Assembly: GCF_009914755.1 (NCBI RefSeq)
Contig: NC_060939.1
DNA length: 64,000 nucleotides
Origin: the human T2T-CHM13v2.0 reference genome, Homo sapiens
Reading direction: 5' to 3' (one strand)
The notes under the pieces are model-generated. The model was not told the origin of the DNA and searched no databases. It saw nothing but the letters and a program-made list of their open reading frames with translations. Positions 28,866-44,223 of the stretch are shown piece by piece; the stretch's first letter is position 1, and every line of letters starts with the position of its first letter. The translations under genes and the position numbers were made by a program.

Positions 28866-30619
28866 AACAATTTCTAAATTATGAAATTTTCCAACCTGGC
28901 AATAAGGGACAGACACTCTTCTCAATCCTATTCAAACACCGGGTACTGTTTCTTCTGGTCCTTTTTGGTAGTTCCTGTCCTGGATTTGAGTGGCTTCCTC
29001 ACACACATGCACTGAAGAAGAGTCCTCTGTAGATCTCTGGCATTCCCTCTTGCTTCAGCTCTCTACGGCTCTTGCCAAATTACTCTCTCTGGACGTTCAT
29101 CTCTGTCTCAGCTCAGGAAGTTGGCCATGGTCGGCCTGGCTTATGCCCACTGTGCCACAGCCAAGAAATTCTCTCAAGAAAGTAAAGTGAGGCAGTCACA
29201 GGACTTACCCTCTTTGTTGCTTGTCTCTTACTAATTACGGTGCTTCATTGTCTCACATCCGATAGCGTAAAAAACATTGTTTTTGCTTATTTTATCTAAT
29301 TTTTCTGAATTTCTTTTCCAAGCAAGAAGGTAAATCTGTTTCCTGTTACTCTCTCTTACCTTCCTTCTAACATAACTCATAACAATATTTCTATTTAAAT
29401 ATTATTACCCAATTTATTTTCTTTCCTTGGCTTTAATTATGTCATAACCTTCTTTTATAAAATCCCATCAAATACAATAGTCTGTCTTTAATTTCCATGT
29501 GTTTGAACCGATTTACTTTTTTCTCCTCCATTTGTCTCTTTAACTTATAGAATAAAATTATTTTTTAATAATTTTAATTTATTTTTAATACATTTATTTA
29601 AATTTAAATTTTATTTAATTTAAAATTATTTTTTACTTGTCTAACTCTAATTCTCCACTTTTCTTATTACTTACCCAACTGGCAAGTTAATACATCAGTT
29701 AAGGCAATCCCCTTCTCCTTTATTCCCTGTGTGTATACACAAACTAAGATAAATATGTTTGTACTCAATTCGAAGTTAGGTGATCAGCCATCAATACTAC
29801 TGATTCTACTCTGTACATTACATTAGTCCAGAGGATGGCTAGCATATAGATACCATTTTCTAGGAACTTAGAATCAAACAAGGAGCTTAGAATCAAACAT
29901 AATAGCTATGATAAAATATAATTTTTTTGTCACTACTATAGTAACTACTTAGATGCATGAAGTGGGAAAGTTACTTTTAAAGTGGAAAATTGCTGGAATT
30001 AAAGGAGATAAGAAGAGTACCTAGTAGATTAATCAAATAAATAATGGCACATCCATAAAGGGGGATATTTCTGAGATTAAAAATGATATTACAGAAAAAA
30101 ATTTCATGACATGGAGAAGTATTCATGATGTGTGAAGCAAAAATTCAATCGAATTGTTTATATGATGTAATTAATATGTAGTGATATGCCACTAGCACAA
30201 GAAATTCTGAAAGAAATGCCACATGTTCAATGTTAATGTTGGCTGATGTTTAACTCTCGATAGCGAATTCACAGATTGCATTTCCTTTATTCTCATGTGT
30301 TTTCTCAATTTTAAGAAATGTGAGAAAATTATTTTTTATTTTGTAATTAAAAATATTTTTAAGTTAAAATTGCCTAGCACAGAATCTGCCACTAAGTAAG
30401 CATCATTTAATTTTGGTCATTTTCATCTCTTTTATATCTCTTTCCTTCTACTCTATATATTGTTGCTTTATTACATGATGCCTTTATTTTTAAGTGTTTC
30501 TTATGTATACATCTTAAGTAACTAGCAAGATTATAAACTACTGGAGGACAGGGTCATAGTATTCTTACTATTCTTGATTTTAATTAGTGTAGTACTGAAC
30601 TTCACAAAGAGATTAAATA

Positions 30620-30709
30620 TATCTACACACACACACTATATCTATCTCTATATCTATCTATCTATCTATCTATATGTATATGTGTATCTATATCTATATC
30701 TATATATAT

Positions 30710-30746
<37 letters not shown>
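30620..30746. repeat. Compound (CA)(TATC)(TA)(GA)n microsatellite
   Basis: Direct reading. Confidence 0.95.
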
Positions 30747-30749
<3 letters not shown>

Positions 30750-31493
30750 TATTTGGAGAACTTTTTCTTATTTTGTCCTTAAATTATTTTACATTAGGTA
30801 TTAAGAAAAATCCAACAAGAAACAGGATTTTCTTCCATATTCTGTAAGCTTTGTAGAGATGGAAAAATTTCTACTGATTCCTTTTCTAAACTTTTCGGAA
30901 ACTTGCCACATTTCAGAAACTTGCAAGAACCTCCCAAATGGGAGTGAATTACTTTTGCTTCTATGTGAATATTTTTTTACTTATAATATTAGTTATAAAT
31001 ACTTATTTTTCCTTACTTTTCTATACGAGTCATTAGACTTAGGTGTGAAGTCATCCTAGGGACAAGGCTTTTAAAAATCTATTGACAAGATTCCACTTCC
31101 GCCTGCCCTAATCCAGATGAAGGAAGTGAGAACACAGGAGGAACTTGCCACTTCATGAGACAATTTCATTCTGCAGCCTAAACTCGTTACTAACGTCTGT
31201 AACCCTTAATTAATTAAAATGACTCCAGCCGTGGGATTCTGTGGTGAAGAGGTTCCTCATAGTTACATGTATTCAACCTGAAATTCAGTTAAATCTGAAA
31301 GATGCTTAAACACACATCAATGAATAAAAAATGAAAACCTTGTTGAATTCACTCAGTCATTGGCCCCTTTGTCTCCTGTATCTCGTTTCTTCCTTTGGGA
31401 TTTGACAATTTTCTCTCCTAAATAAAACTTTAAAAATACATTTGTTAAGTACATTTAAAGAAGGTGTCAAATGTTGATGAATTTTTGTCCTAA

Positions 31494-31796
<303 letters not shown>

Positions 31797-33759
31797 GAGA
31801 TAATTTTTCAGTTAAAAAATTCTAAAGTGCCCTTCCAGTTTATTTCATCAAAATGACATCATTTAGAACAATATCACGGTAGTCTGATAAATGTGGCTAT
31901 TGAGAGGAGCAACCATATCACTGATACGAGATTCTTGCTTAAGTAGTGCAGTTCACTAAAGAATAAACCCATTTGTATCTAGCTCCTGATGATCTAGATC
32001 ATCAGCACCTCTAGAACTTAGACAAGATCTAGTGCAACAAAAGTTAACGAGGTAGCTTTAGCCTTTGAAATCTACCACAGCATCTGAAAAGAAGTGACTA
32101 GTATTTAAAGATGGAGGCAATACCACAGTAGTATTTTGATATATCTTTGGTAAGTTCTCATCCATCGCCTCTTGAATTTTTATTCCCTCATCCATAGCTG
32201 TGGTTGAGGCACCTGTTAACTTATGCTAGTCTCCTGGCTTCCTTCTCCTTCAGGACTTCCACTGCTTTCCCCCTGATTAATCTTCCTAAAACTTCGCTCA
32301 CTTCATCCTCAATAAACATTTAGTGCTTTGGGATAAAGTCTGGTGAATTTAACCATCATTTAAGGTTTTCTCTCATCTTTTTCAATCTTTAATTTATACC
32401 CAACACTTCTCATTCCAATCAATTTGATTAACTGTCTCCTCAAAAGACTTCACACAAATATTCCACAAGTGCCTAAAATCATCTAGAAACCATGCTGAGT
32501 CCTGGAATTGTATACTCTAGGTGGGAAAAATGTCCTCAACTTCAAGGAACTTAAAAAGTAAAGTAATGGAGAGGTAAATCAGCAGATTGTTTCAGCACAA
32601 GATGATAGGTTAGTTCTGTGACTGAGGTATATATGAAGCCTGCAGTTATAGATAGGACAAATAAGTAAGATTTGGCAGTGGCAGCACAAATAAAATCTCT
32701 GGTGAGATTTTGTCATTTTGCTCAATCAATGAAAGCAGTTATAACAAGTACATGAAGATGGATGTAAACCCTTAATAATGTAATGGGGAATGACAGTAAT
32801 GGGGAAAAGAGCAGTGTAGACAAAACAAAGTTCTATATTCTTGAATTCAATAAGAAAAGTGACTTCTTACATTTTCCACTATGATCTCCAGTGAACATGC
32901 AAAATAGGTGAGGCTTAATGATCTTTTTCTTAACATGAAGAAATAGAGTAGTTGAGGTTTGACCAAGGCTACCCGGTTTTGTACACGTATAGCTAAATAG
33001 GCTTCACACTCAAATCTTCCTGCTACGAACGCATTATTTTTCCATCATACCAGTAGATGCAATTGGAGACACTTGATTGGACAGTGGCAGCTGTAGATTT
33101 CCAAGATTTAGTGGTTATACTTTTATTAACGTTTAGTTCAATCCACATTTGAGATGCAAAATAAAAGATATGCTGGATTTAAGTATTAAGATTTATATCA
33201 TTGATTGAATATAGATAATTAGTATGATCTTGATTTGAGACATAGATTTGGTTGCCTAGAATGATAATCTGGATATAAACATTGATTGTATCACTGAGTT
33301 TTGGATCTTATCTATGTGTATACATCTACCTGTATGTATTTCATAATGCTCAGTGGACAGTACAGCTGTGTCCCATTTTATTCAGTCTCTACTATGCAGT
33401 TTTATTAGACAACTGAACAGAAGCTAAAGCCTTTAGTAGTGGCAGCTTTCCCCAAAGTCCTCCTGCACAAATGGAGTCAAAGCAAGGTACACGTTGCAGG
33501 CAGTGTTAGTACCATTCAGTGTCTGAGCTGCTCAGAAGGAGCGACACTGTGGAAGGGAACTGGCAACAAGATACCTGGAAAACCTGGAAGAGCAGCCAGA
33601 TGCCTCTAAAAGTTCTGAGTGGGTTTTTTTTTTTAATTTCTCCTTTAATCCAAATAATCTTCATGGATTATACATAATAAAGTGAATAAATATAATGAAA
33701 AGAAGATGATCAATATATTTCACCCATCCATTCTGATACTAGCAACAATTGGAATGGTT

Positions 33760-34290
33760 TAAATAATTTTATTAAAATTATAAGTTAATATAACAGTGTT
33801 ACAGAAACTTTAAGAGAAATCAAGAAAAATTGTTCATTATACAATTAACCTACCAACACACTTATTATTCATTTGTGTTTATTACCTCATATTTTCTTAT
33901 CATAGGCATATGTATTTTATAATTGTAATCATACTGTATCGACAATTTCATATTATGCTTTTTTCACATTTAATTATATGAAAGTACTTTTACAAGATAC
34001 TAAAGTGTTTTCATAATTACATATTTAAACAGCTGTATGGTGCTCAGTTAATTCTTTTCATTTTGCTAAGTTTAGGATTGTAGGCTATAGTTTTTGTTTT
34101 TATCACTTTTTTGGTTTTGAAAATCATAATGTCTTGTTTTACAGTTTCTATCCAAATTCATGGGTATTTCTTCAGGATAGACCCTCAGAAATGTATCTGC
34201 TTTGCCAAAGGGTATAAATATTCTACAAATGTTTTAAATACGTGCTGCCAAAATGATACCTAAAAAGAGTTGTTGGTTTATAATGTATAC
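33760..34290 (-). mobile_element. L1ME-type remnant
   Basis: TATTTCTTCAGGATAGACCCTCAGAAATG...AAAGGGTATAAATATT...TGCTGCCAAA. Confidence 0.6.
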
Positions 34291-35124
34291 ATATGTATGT
34301 GTTTATTTACTTATAGTACAGATGTTTTACAGCATAATCTCCTTCAAATTAAAATTCAAACCATTATTAAAAGCTAAATCACAATAAGTAGCAAAGATAG
34401 AGAAGAAAAGGAAAGAGTTATAGGTGCAAGAAGACACAATAAAACAAACAAAAAAAGATACAGTGAAAAGCAAGGAAATTATCAAAGATAATAGAATCAC
34501 AGTAGTGATTCTATCAAAAGAACTCAAGGATTTGTCCTGAAGAGGCCAAAGACAATTTGCAAATTAATAAAAGAAGTACAAAGTGGTTGTTCTGTCCTTC
34601 CCTGGACCAAGATCTAATCCAGGACCACTCACGTATCCTTGTAACCTCTGATAATTTTGAAGAGTCCTAATCGATGGTTGCATGACTTATTTTTAAAATT
34701 TAAAAAATGTTGATTAAGAATTCTCTAGGGAATTTAGAATTTAGTGTACAAAAGTCACTTTAGAAATTTGAAAATGCAGGTCCAGGCAATAGCTCTTTGG
34801 TAAAACAAGAGTTTTTTATTGCTCTGAGATAAACATCATTGGTTGTCTATTTAGACTGCTCTGCCATTTAACCTAATCTGCATATGGCTTTATGATGTTG
34901 CATCTTATAATGAATAATTATGCCTAAATGCATGACATCAAAATGTCATCTCCTAAGGAACCCAAATTGCTCTGACCTTGTCCTAGTGGCATTGGAGACA
35001 GGGACAGTAGTCCTGGTGTTGAGATCGTTCCAGGTGTCCCACTCTGTGCTGTGCTGCTAGCCGAAACACCGGGATTCCAGAGTGATTCTGAGGACTATAG
35101 GACATGCAGCGCTGGCCTCTGATA

Positions 35125-35380
35125 ATGTGTGTAAATTAGTATGTACCAGAATAAGCCAAGGGTCTTATGAAAACACAAATTGTTGGATCCCATGCCCAAG
35201 GATTCTGATTCAGTAGATCTGTGATGACCTAGAAAGCTTGCTGGGGAGAGTATAGATCCCTGAAGTGATGGTCCAGCCGTTTGTACTTACTTGTGCAAAG
35301 CCTTCCATGCAAGAATTGGCATTTCTAACAAGATCCCAGGAAATGCCAGTGCTGTGGTCTGGGGATCACAGTCTAAGAAA
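35125..35380. mobile_element. MER5A (hAT-Charlie MITE), interrupted
   Basis: ATTCTGATTCAGTAGATCTG...GCATTTCTAACAAGATCCCAGG. Confidence 0.75.
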
Positions 35381-35899
35381 CAACAATGGAGAGGAACAAA
35401 CAGAGCCTCTAAATCAAATGAGCCTGAGCTCAAATCCTTATTCTGCCTCTTACAACTTACATAATTTGGCTTTCCAATTTCTGTGTGTGAAGAGGAGATC
35501 CTAGTACATACTTTGTTGAGAATATTATGAAGCGTCAATGGAATGAAGTTTCTAAATCTCATGGCTCTCTGAAAGCAACTGGTGCGTCTACCTGGCAGCC
35601 AACCTGGGGCTGTGGTGGGCATGGCCTGCTGAATTTGGTATGAAATCTGAATATTTGGCATGATCTCAGGTCATCATCTAAGTTCGATTCCTGTTTCCAA
35701 AACATAGCCCAGAAATAGTCCAGAAAAATTAACTCACTTATACCAAGCTACAGGGCCACCTCAGCTCATTCCAGGGCCTTATCTCCAGAAACTCAGCTAA
35801 TATTTCTGTTTCTAGGGGCCTCTCGAGGGTCCTAGAATACTCCAATGATGCAGAGGCCTGAGCTGAAGCTCAAGGATCCCACATGGACACTGGCAGGGC

Positions 35900-37000
35900 C
35901 ACTAATTGAGCAGAGGCGAACTGACATTTGACCCACGCATTACAATCAAAGATAAGCACTGGCCAAGTCTTTCCTTACCGTTTGATATTGAAACCAACTG
36001 CAATGAAACCGGTGTCTCTCCTACGTGCTTTCCGTGTCTTCCAGCTCGTCTTAGAGTTTTAGGTCCAATCGTGCCTTTCTATTTTTTTAAATGTTGTTGA
36101 ATTATCCACTAAGCTCAAACAATAACATGTTTGCAATAACATAACATCCTTCTCCACTTTCAAAAACCTCCTCATACCCACCTGTTCTTCAAAGCACTTC
36201 CTCTTGCAGTAATCGCCTAACCCTCTGTGTATGACTGCCCTGCATCCGTCCCCATTGTTTTGGTCTGTGCAGTCCTATGTCTTTCATCCGGAAGTTCCCC
36301 ATTGAGAGCTTTTGTTGTTTGGACACATTATAATACCTCTTACATAGCTTGGGGCACATTGCTTCTGTGGACAATAACAGTGATCTTAATAAGGACCAAC
36401 AGTAAATAACAAACACAACAATAGATACAATATCATGTGACAACTCAGATCACAAAATTGGTCTTGCAACCAGAGTCCTTCGGGACTGGTCCAAACCACT
36501 TTGTGAGAAATGGCAGCGGTGGGCTGTCTGCAGGCTTTTAATCCGGCCTGCACCGGAGGTCTCCGACCTATCCGTGATGTGGCAGAAACGCTTGGCTCTG
36601 CCGAAGACAAATGCAAGGCCGCACTCTGTGTTAGGAAACGCTCTGGGCTCGGTGCTATAAATAATAATAAAGATAAATAATAAAAAAAGTGAAATGTTTT
36701 AAATGAAAGGTGATGCACTGTGAACTTAACACACTGACCCTCTAGCCTTTCTGTTAACAAGGTAATCTGATTGCCATCGATTTTTTTCACCTCTGTTACT
36801 AAGAAGGTGATGAAATGGTGTCTATACAGATGTATTGAATCAGATACTAAACAAAGAGCAACATAAAGAACAAGTATCAGCAACCTTGCTTTCAGCCTGT
36901 TGATTATGACATTACTGAAAAGACAAAGTCTGGGTGACTTAAAAAACAAAGCAGCAGGGAGGGGTGTGCAGGTAAAAAGAAAGAATGCAGGTAAGTTTCT
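35900..37000. promoter_or_regulatory. CpG-retaining unique block; candidate promoter/enhancer or exon
   Basis: 11 CpGs in 36481-36655, TATAAATA at 36656, CAG|GTAAGT at 36990/36991; ATCAAAGATAAG near 35945. Confidence 0.4.
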
Positions 37001-37910
37001 TCCCAGTACTTTCATGTTCATTTCAGAAGAATTTCACAAGGAGCCTTTTATTTGCTCCATAGCTTTAAAAGGGGCCATTTGTACTTCTGCAGTTTACTGA
37101 TAGGCATTCTAGTGTGATCTAATTAACTACTTTTATTATGCCATGGAGAAAATAGCATGGTGGAGATGAGTCACTAATGCACATGTTTTTGTGGTATAGA
37201 CAGTGGCAGGGCATTGTGCAGAAAGACGTGTTTATTGGTCTACTGGGGCTTTCCAAGTAGCCCCCATGAGTGAGGTAAGACCTTAAATTATTCTGAAAGG
37301 AAGGCCACACTTCTGACCTGTCAAAGAACTTTCTAGATGGTTTGTGATGAATGATTAGGAAAGCCGTTTTGAAATGTATGATAAAGATGGAATTAACCTA
37401 TGAATACTGACTTTGTGGACTGTGCCGGATTAATTTTCTAATCTCAAATATTTCCAGGTTTTATTGTTTATTTCCTTTTCATTAGCCCAGTTGCTAAAAG
37501 GCCATGGTAAAGATATGTATGCCTAAGCAATTTTCTTATCTTTGAGCCTGTGCTTTTGCCTAAATACGGACGCCTCAGTTGTCTTATGACCTTTGATGAC
37601 ACATGCTTCTATGGCAATATCTCATCATGGCATTTTCTCAAGGGCAGTGCTCCAACTCTTCTGCCTTGCCCCACATTGGCAGCCATTACTAATTGACTGT
37701 GAAAGGGGAAAACAAAATAGTGTGAAGAGATCTCTTTTTGGAAACTTCAGTGCAGTTTGGGGAAGGTAGTCAACTAGAGTGAAACAAGCTCGACAGTGTT
37801 ATTCATATGATGTATCTGAAACAATGTAAGAAAACTTGTAAAGGAAACAACTAGTCACCACAATCGATGACTATAATTTCAACGTAAGCATCGAATGAAT
37901 CAAAAACGAA

Positions 37911-38182
37911 TCAGAATTAGGATTAATTCTGAGGTTTGCTAAGTATAAATTATTTATTCAAATTCAGAAGTGAGAAAATGGCAACACTGACATTTTTGAC
38001 GAAACCTGTACTGTTTGAACAAATGTGATGAATGGTTAGGAAAGCTGTTTTGAAATGTATGATAAAGATGGAATTAGCCTTTCCATAGAACTTTGTTTCT
38101 TCCCCAAGACCTAGACACCTGCAGTTCCATCAAGGAGGTGATCATAAAGGAAGCTTAGTGTATTATGCACACCATAATACAC
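37911..38182. repeat. Patchwork of three locally templated segments with terminal hairpins
   Basis: 37929-38020 = rc of 38863-38954; 38024-38080 = 37343-37399; 38079-38170 = rc of 39042-39133. Confidence 0.95.
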
Positions 38183-38299
38183 CATTCTCTTCAGCCTCTG
38201 TCAGGTAAGAGTCTTGTACAAATCAAGCCTAACAATATGAAGAAATATAGAAAGAGGTATAAGACGTCAGAAGTCAATGAACAAGGGAGTGAGTGCCAA

Positions 38300-38460
38300 T
38301 AATTATAGGGTTTCTTCGCAGGTGACAGAAATGTACTAAAACTGATTATTTTACAATTGTGTGAATATCTTAAAAACCATGGTGTTGTACACCTTAAGTG
38401 GGTAAATTATATGTCATGTAAGTTACATCTCTAATAAAAACATTATTTTAAAAAAGAAGA
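38300..38460 (+). mobile_element. L1M 3' terminal fragment
   Basis: GGTGACAGAAATGTACTAAAACTGATT...TGTGAATATCTTAAAAACCA...GTACACCTTAAGTGGGTAAATT...AATAAAA. Confidence 0.75.
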
Positions 38461-38899
38461 AATAAGGGGAAATTGGAGAAATTCTTAAAAATAGATATTC
38501 TCTAAAGTCAGGTTAGAAGCAAGAAAACCTTACATTTGACACACACATGAAAAAAATGACAAAAACACTGCCGTTACTCAAAATGAACACAAGTGCGCAC
38601 ATTACTGACTGAGGTCGAGGGAGGTGAAGTGGAGGAAGTTTTTTGGGAGACCAGTGGTTCTCAGTCTTAAGCATACCTCAGAATCACTGAAGGATTTGTA
38701 AAGGGAATTGCTATAACCTACTCTCAGAGTCTTGCATCTGTATTTGTAGCAACTTCTCAGGTGTGATCAAAGCTGATGGTAGTAGAACAATCTTTGCAGG
38801 ATCTGCAAATTTTAAGGCTCTTGTCAGAGGAAATATCTTTGAGGTCCATTAATGTGATGCAAGTTGAAACTGTATAGGTTTGGTAAAAAATGTCAGTGT

Positions 38900-39050
38900 T
38901 GTCATTTTCTCACTTCTGAACTTGAATAAATAATTTATACTTAGCAAATCTCAGTGTACTCACCTGCAAAATGCAAGTAATGCTTTCCATGTAGATTAAA
39001 TGAGATAACTTACATAAAGCCTGGCACTCTAATCCTAGTAAGTGCATAAT
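38900..39050 (+). mobile_element. MIR remnant
   Basis: CTCAGTGTACTCACCTGCAAAATG...GATTAAATGAGATAA...CCTGGCAC...TAGTAAGTGC. Confidence 0.75.
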
Positions 39051-39396
39051 ACACTAAGCGTCCATTATGATCACCTCCTTGATGGAACTGCCGGTGTCTA
39101 GGTCTTGGGGAAGAAACAAAGTTCTGTGAAAAGAACCAATACTAGTGGATTGGTACACAATTCAGAAGATGATGACTCATTTCACAAGTATTAATAAAAA
39201 TTATTTCCTTGGCCAGAGCTTTCCCTGGAAAACTGAGAGTGGCCACGGGAATCCAAAGGTCATGGATCCCCAGTAATTATTAGTAGGCTAAATATAGCTG
39301 GGGTTAATTGTTGTATTGTACTTAAAACTTATTACACTAATGACATTAGTGGTAACACATGTGCTTTTATTTCTCAAGGGACATTTTTAACCATCT

Positions 39397-39459
39397 TGAT
39401 CACTTGAGCCCAGGAGTTTGAAACCAGCCTGGACAACATATGGAGACTCCATCTCTACA

Positions 39460-39501
<42 letters not shown>

Positions 39502-39665
39502 TAGCCTGGTGTGGTGTTGCACACCCGTGGTCACAGCTACTCAGGAGGCTGAGATGGGAGGATCACTTGAGCCTAGAGGTCAAGACTGCAGTGAGCTGTG
39601 ATTGTGCCACTGCACTCCAGCCTGAGTGACAGATCAAGACCCTGTCTCAAAAAAAAAAAAAAAAA
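39397..39665 (+). mobile_element. AluJ, 5' truncated, with (AAT)14 in the central linker
   Basis: GATCACTTGAGCCCAGGAG, GAGGTCAAGACTGCAGTGAGCTGTGATT; (AAT)14 at 39460-39501. Confidence 0.93.
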
Positions 39666-39819
39666 GAGGAAGAAGAAGAATGTTTAAGCCAATTATACCA
39701 CGAGTGAAATGGAGAAGACAAGATGTAAAATGTATTTGGAATAAGATCACAACTATCAAGAAAGATGGAATAGGCTTGGATTCCTGCCCCTATCACTAAC
39801 CAGGAGTGTGACTTAGAAC

Positions 39820-40015
39820 CAATGGTTCACAACTGGGGCTTGATTTTGCTGCACAGGGGACAGTTGAAAATGTCTAAAGACATTCTTGATGGTCACAACT
39901 AAGGTGGGAGTGCCACTGGCATTTAATGGGCTAGAGGTCTTGCTAAATTTCTTACAATGCACAGGACACTCCCCACAACACGGAATTACTTAGCCAAAAT
40001 AGCAGCAGTGCTGAG
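39820..40015. mobile_element. MER20 nested in a MIR
   Basis: GATTTTGC...AGGGGACA...AATGTCT...GGTCACAACT...ACAATGCACAGGACA...AGTGCTGAG. Confidence 0.85.
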
Positions 40016-40175
40016 CCTTAAACAAATTCTGTAACTCCTCTAAATAAAGGATTTTTTTTCTAATCTAAACATCGAAAATAGCAAAACCTACAGAATACAA
40101 TTGATGAGGAACTCAGTGGCATCATTCATATAGGAAACCTAGTTTGGCTTTTAGTCAATTCCCTAAGTTATTTAA

Positions 40176-40551
<376 letters not shown>

Positions 40552-41052
40552 TAAGTTACTTTTAGCCTTCTTTCAATTTTTTAATGCTTTCCCAAATTTC
40601 TCCAATGAACATGATGAATTGTATAAAGGAAAAATATTTAAAATGTTATTTTTTTAAAAAGACTGTTTTGAAGTTAATAAATACAAGTTAATTTTTCTTT
40701 TTACTAACAGGGTGGTATATTTGAGGTGTCATAAAATAAGGCAAACTTAGTGGTTTTTATTTTCATTTGGAAATTATTCAGATGTCACAACATACCCAGT
40801 GAAGACTGCTAGCACCCCAAACCCAACTAAAATTATTGATTTTTGAGTTAAACTTTGAGAGAATGAAGGGTCTGGGCATGACAAACAGCTACTTTGAGGC
40901 ACCGTTTTATGAAAGATTATCCTTATTCTGAGAATAGCAATTGGTTAATAGTTCCAAAAAAAGTAATGGTCATTTCATTGAGGGCTTACAATGGCCTAGG
41001 GGCCTGTCCTGAAGCGAAAGTAAAATAGGGCTGCGGCTGCTGCTTCTTTACG

Positions 41053-41196
41053 TTTTCCTCCTCTTCCTCCTCCTCCTTCTCCTCCTCCTCCTTTTTGCCT
41101 TCTTCTTCTTCTTCTTCTTCTTCTTCTTCTTCTTCTTCTTCTTCTGCTTCTGCTTCTGCTTCTGCTTCTGCTTCTACTTCTTGTTTTGTTCTTCTT
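41053..41196. repeat. Polypyrimidine compound repeat (TCC)n-(CTT)15-(CTGCTT)5
   Basis: (CTT)15 at 41099-41143. Confidence 0.95.
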
Positions 41197-41264
41197 CTCA
41201 ACAGAAAGGAAAAAAAAAATCTTTGAAGGATTAACTTCGATGCCACAGAGTCTAATTGTTACTA

Positions 41265-43870
<2,606 letters not shown>

Positions 43871-43875
43871 GCCGC

Positions 43876-44223
43876 TGTCATAGTCCATTTCTGCTCCTAT
43901 AATACATTACCACACACTGGGCAATTTGTAAGTAATAGAAACTGAATTCTCACAGTTCTGAAGGCTGGGATGTCCAAAATCTATGTGCTAGGAGGTTCCA
44001 TGTCTGGTGAGGGGTCACTCTCTACTTCCAAGCTAGAACCTTAAATGCTGACAGGTAAAAGAGTGAAAATGGCCTAGGGAGCTCCCTTTAACCTGTTTTA
44101 TAAGGTCACTAATCCCAGAGCCTCATGACTTAATCACCTCTCAAAGGCCTCATCTCTTAATATGATCACAATGCCAATTAAGTTTCAACACATGAATTCA
44201 GGGGGCCCATTCGGCCCTCAGCA
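43876..44223 (-). mobile_element. MaLR solo LTR (MSTC/MSTD-like)
   Basis: TGTCATAGTCCATTT...CTCACAGTTCTGAAGGCTGGGATGTCCAA...TCTGGTGAGGG...ATGACTTAATCACCTC...TAAGTTTCAACACATGAATT...AGCA. Confidence 0.85.

Noticed and set aside
29550-29635. Near-pure AT tract as unwinding element or cruciform
   Set aside because: Short low-complexity sequence common in AT-rich human DNA; no long perfect symmetry
31080-31260. ETS/RUNX motif cluster as a haematopoietic enhancer
   Set aside because: Short motifs only, no other supporting signal in the sequence
40986-41246. 86-aa ORF with poly-Glu and (EA)n resembling an acidic protein tail
   Set aside because: Entirely the translation of the GAA/GGA/GAAGCA microsatellite; no splice or domain context
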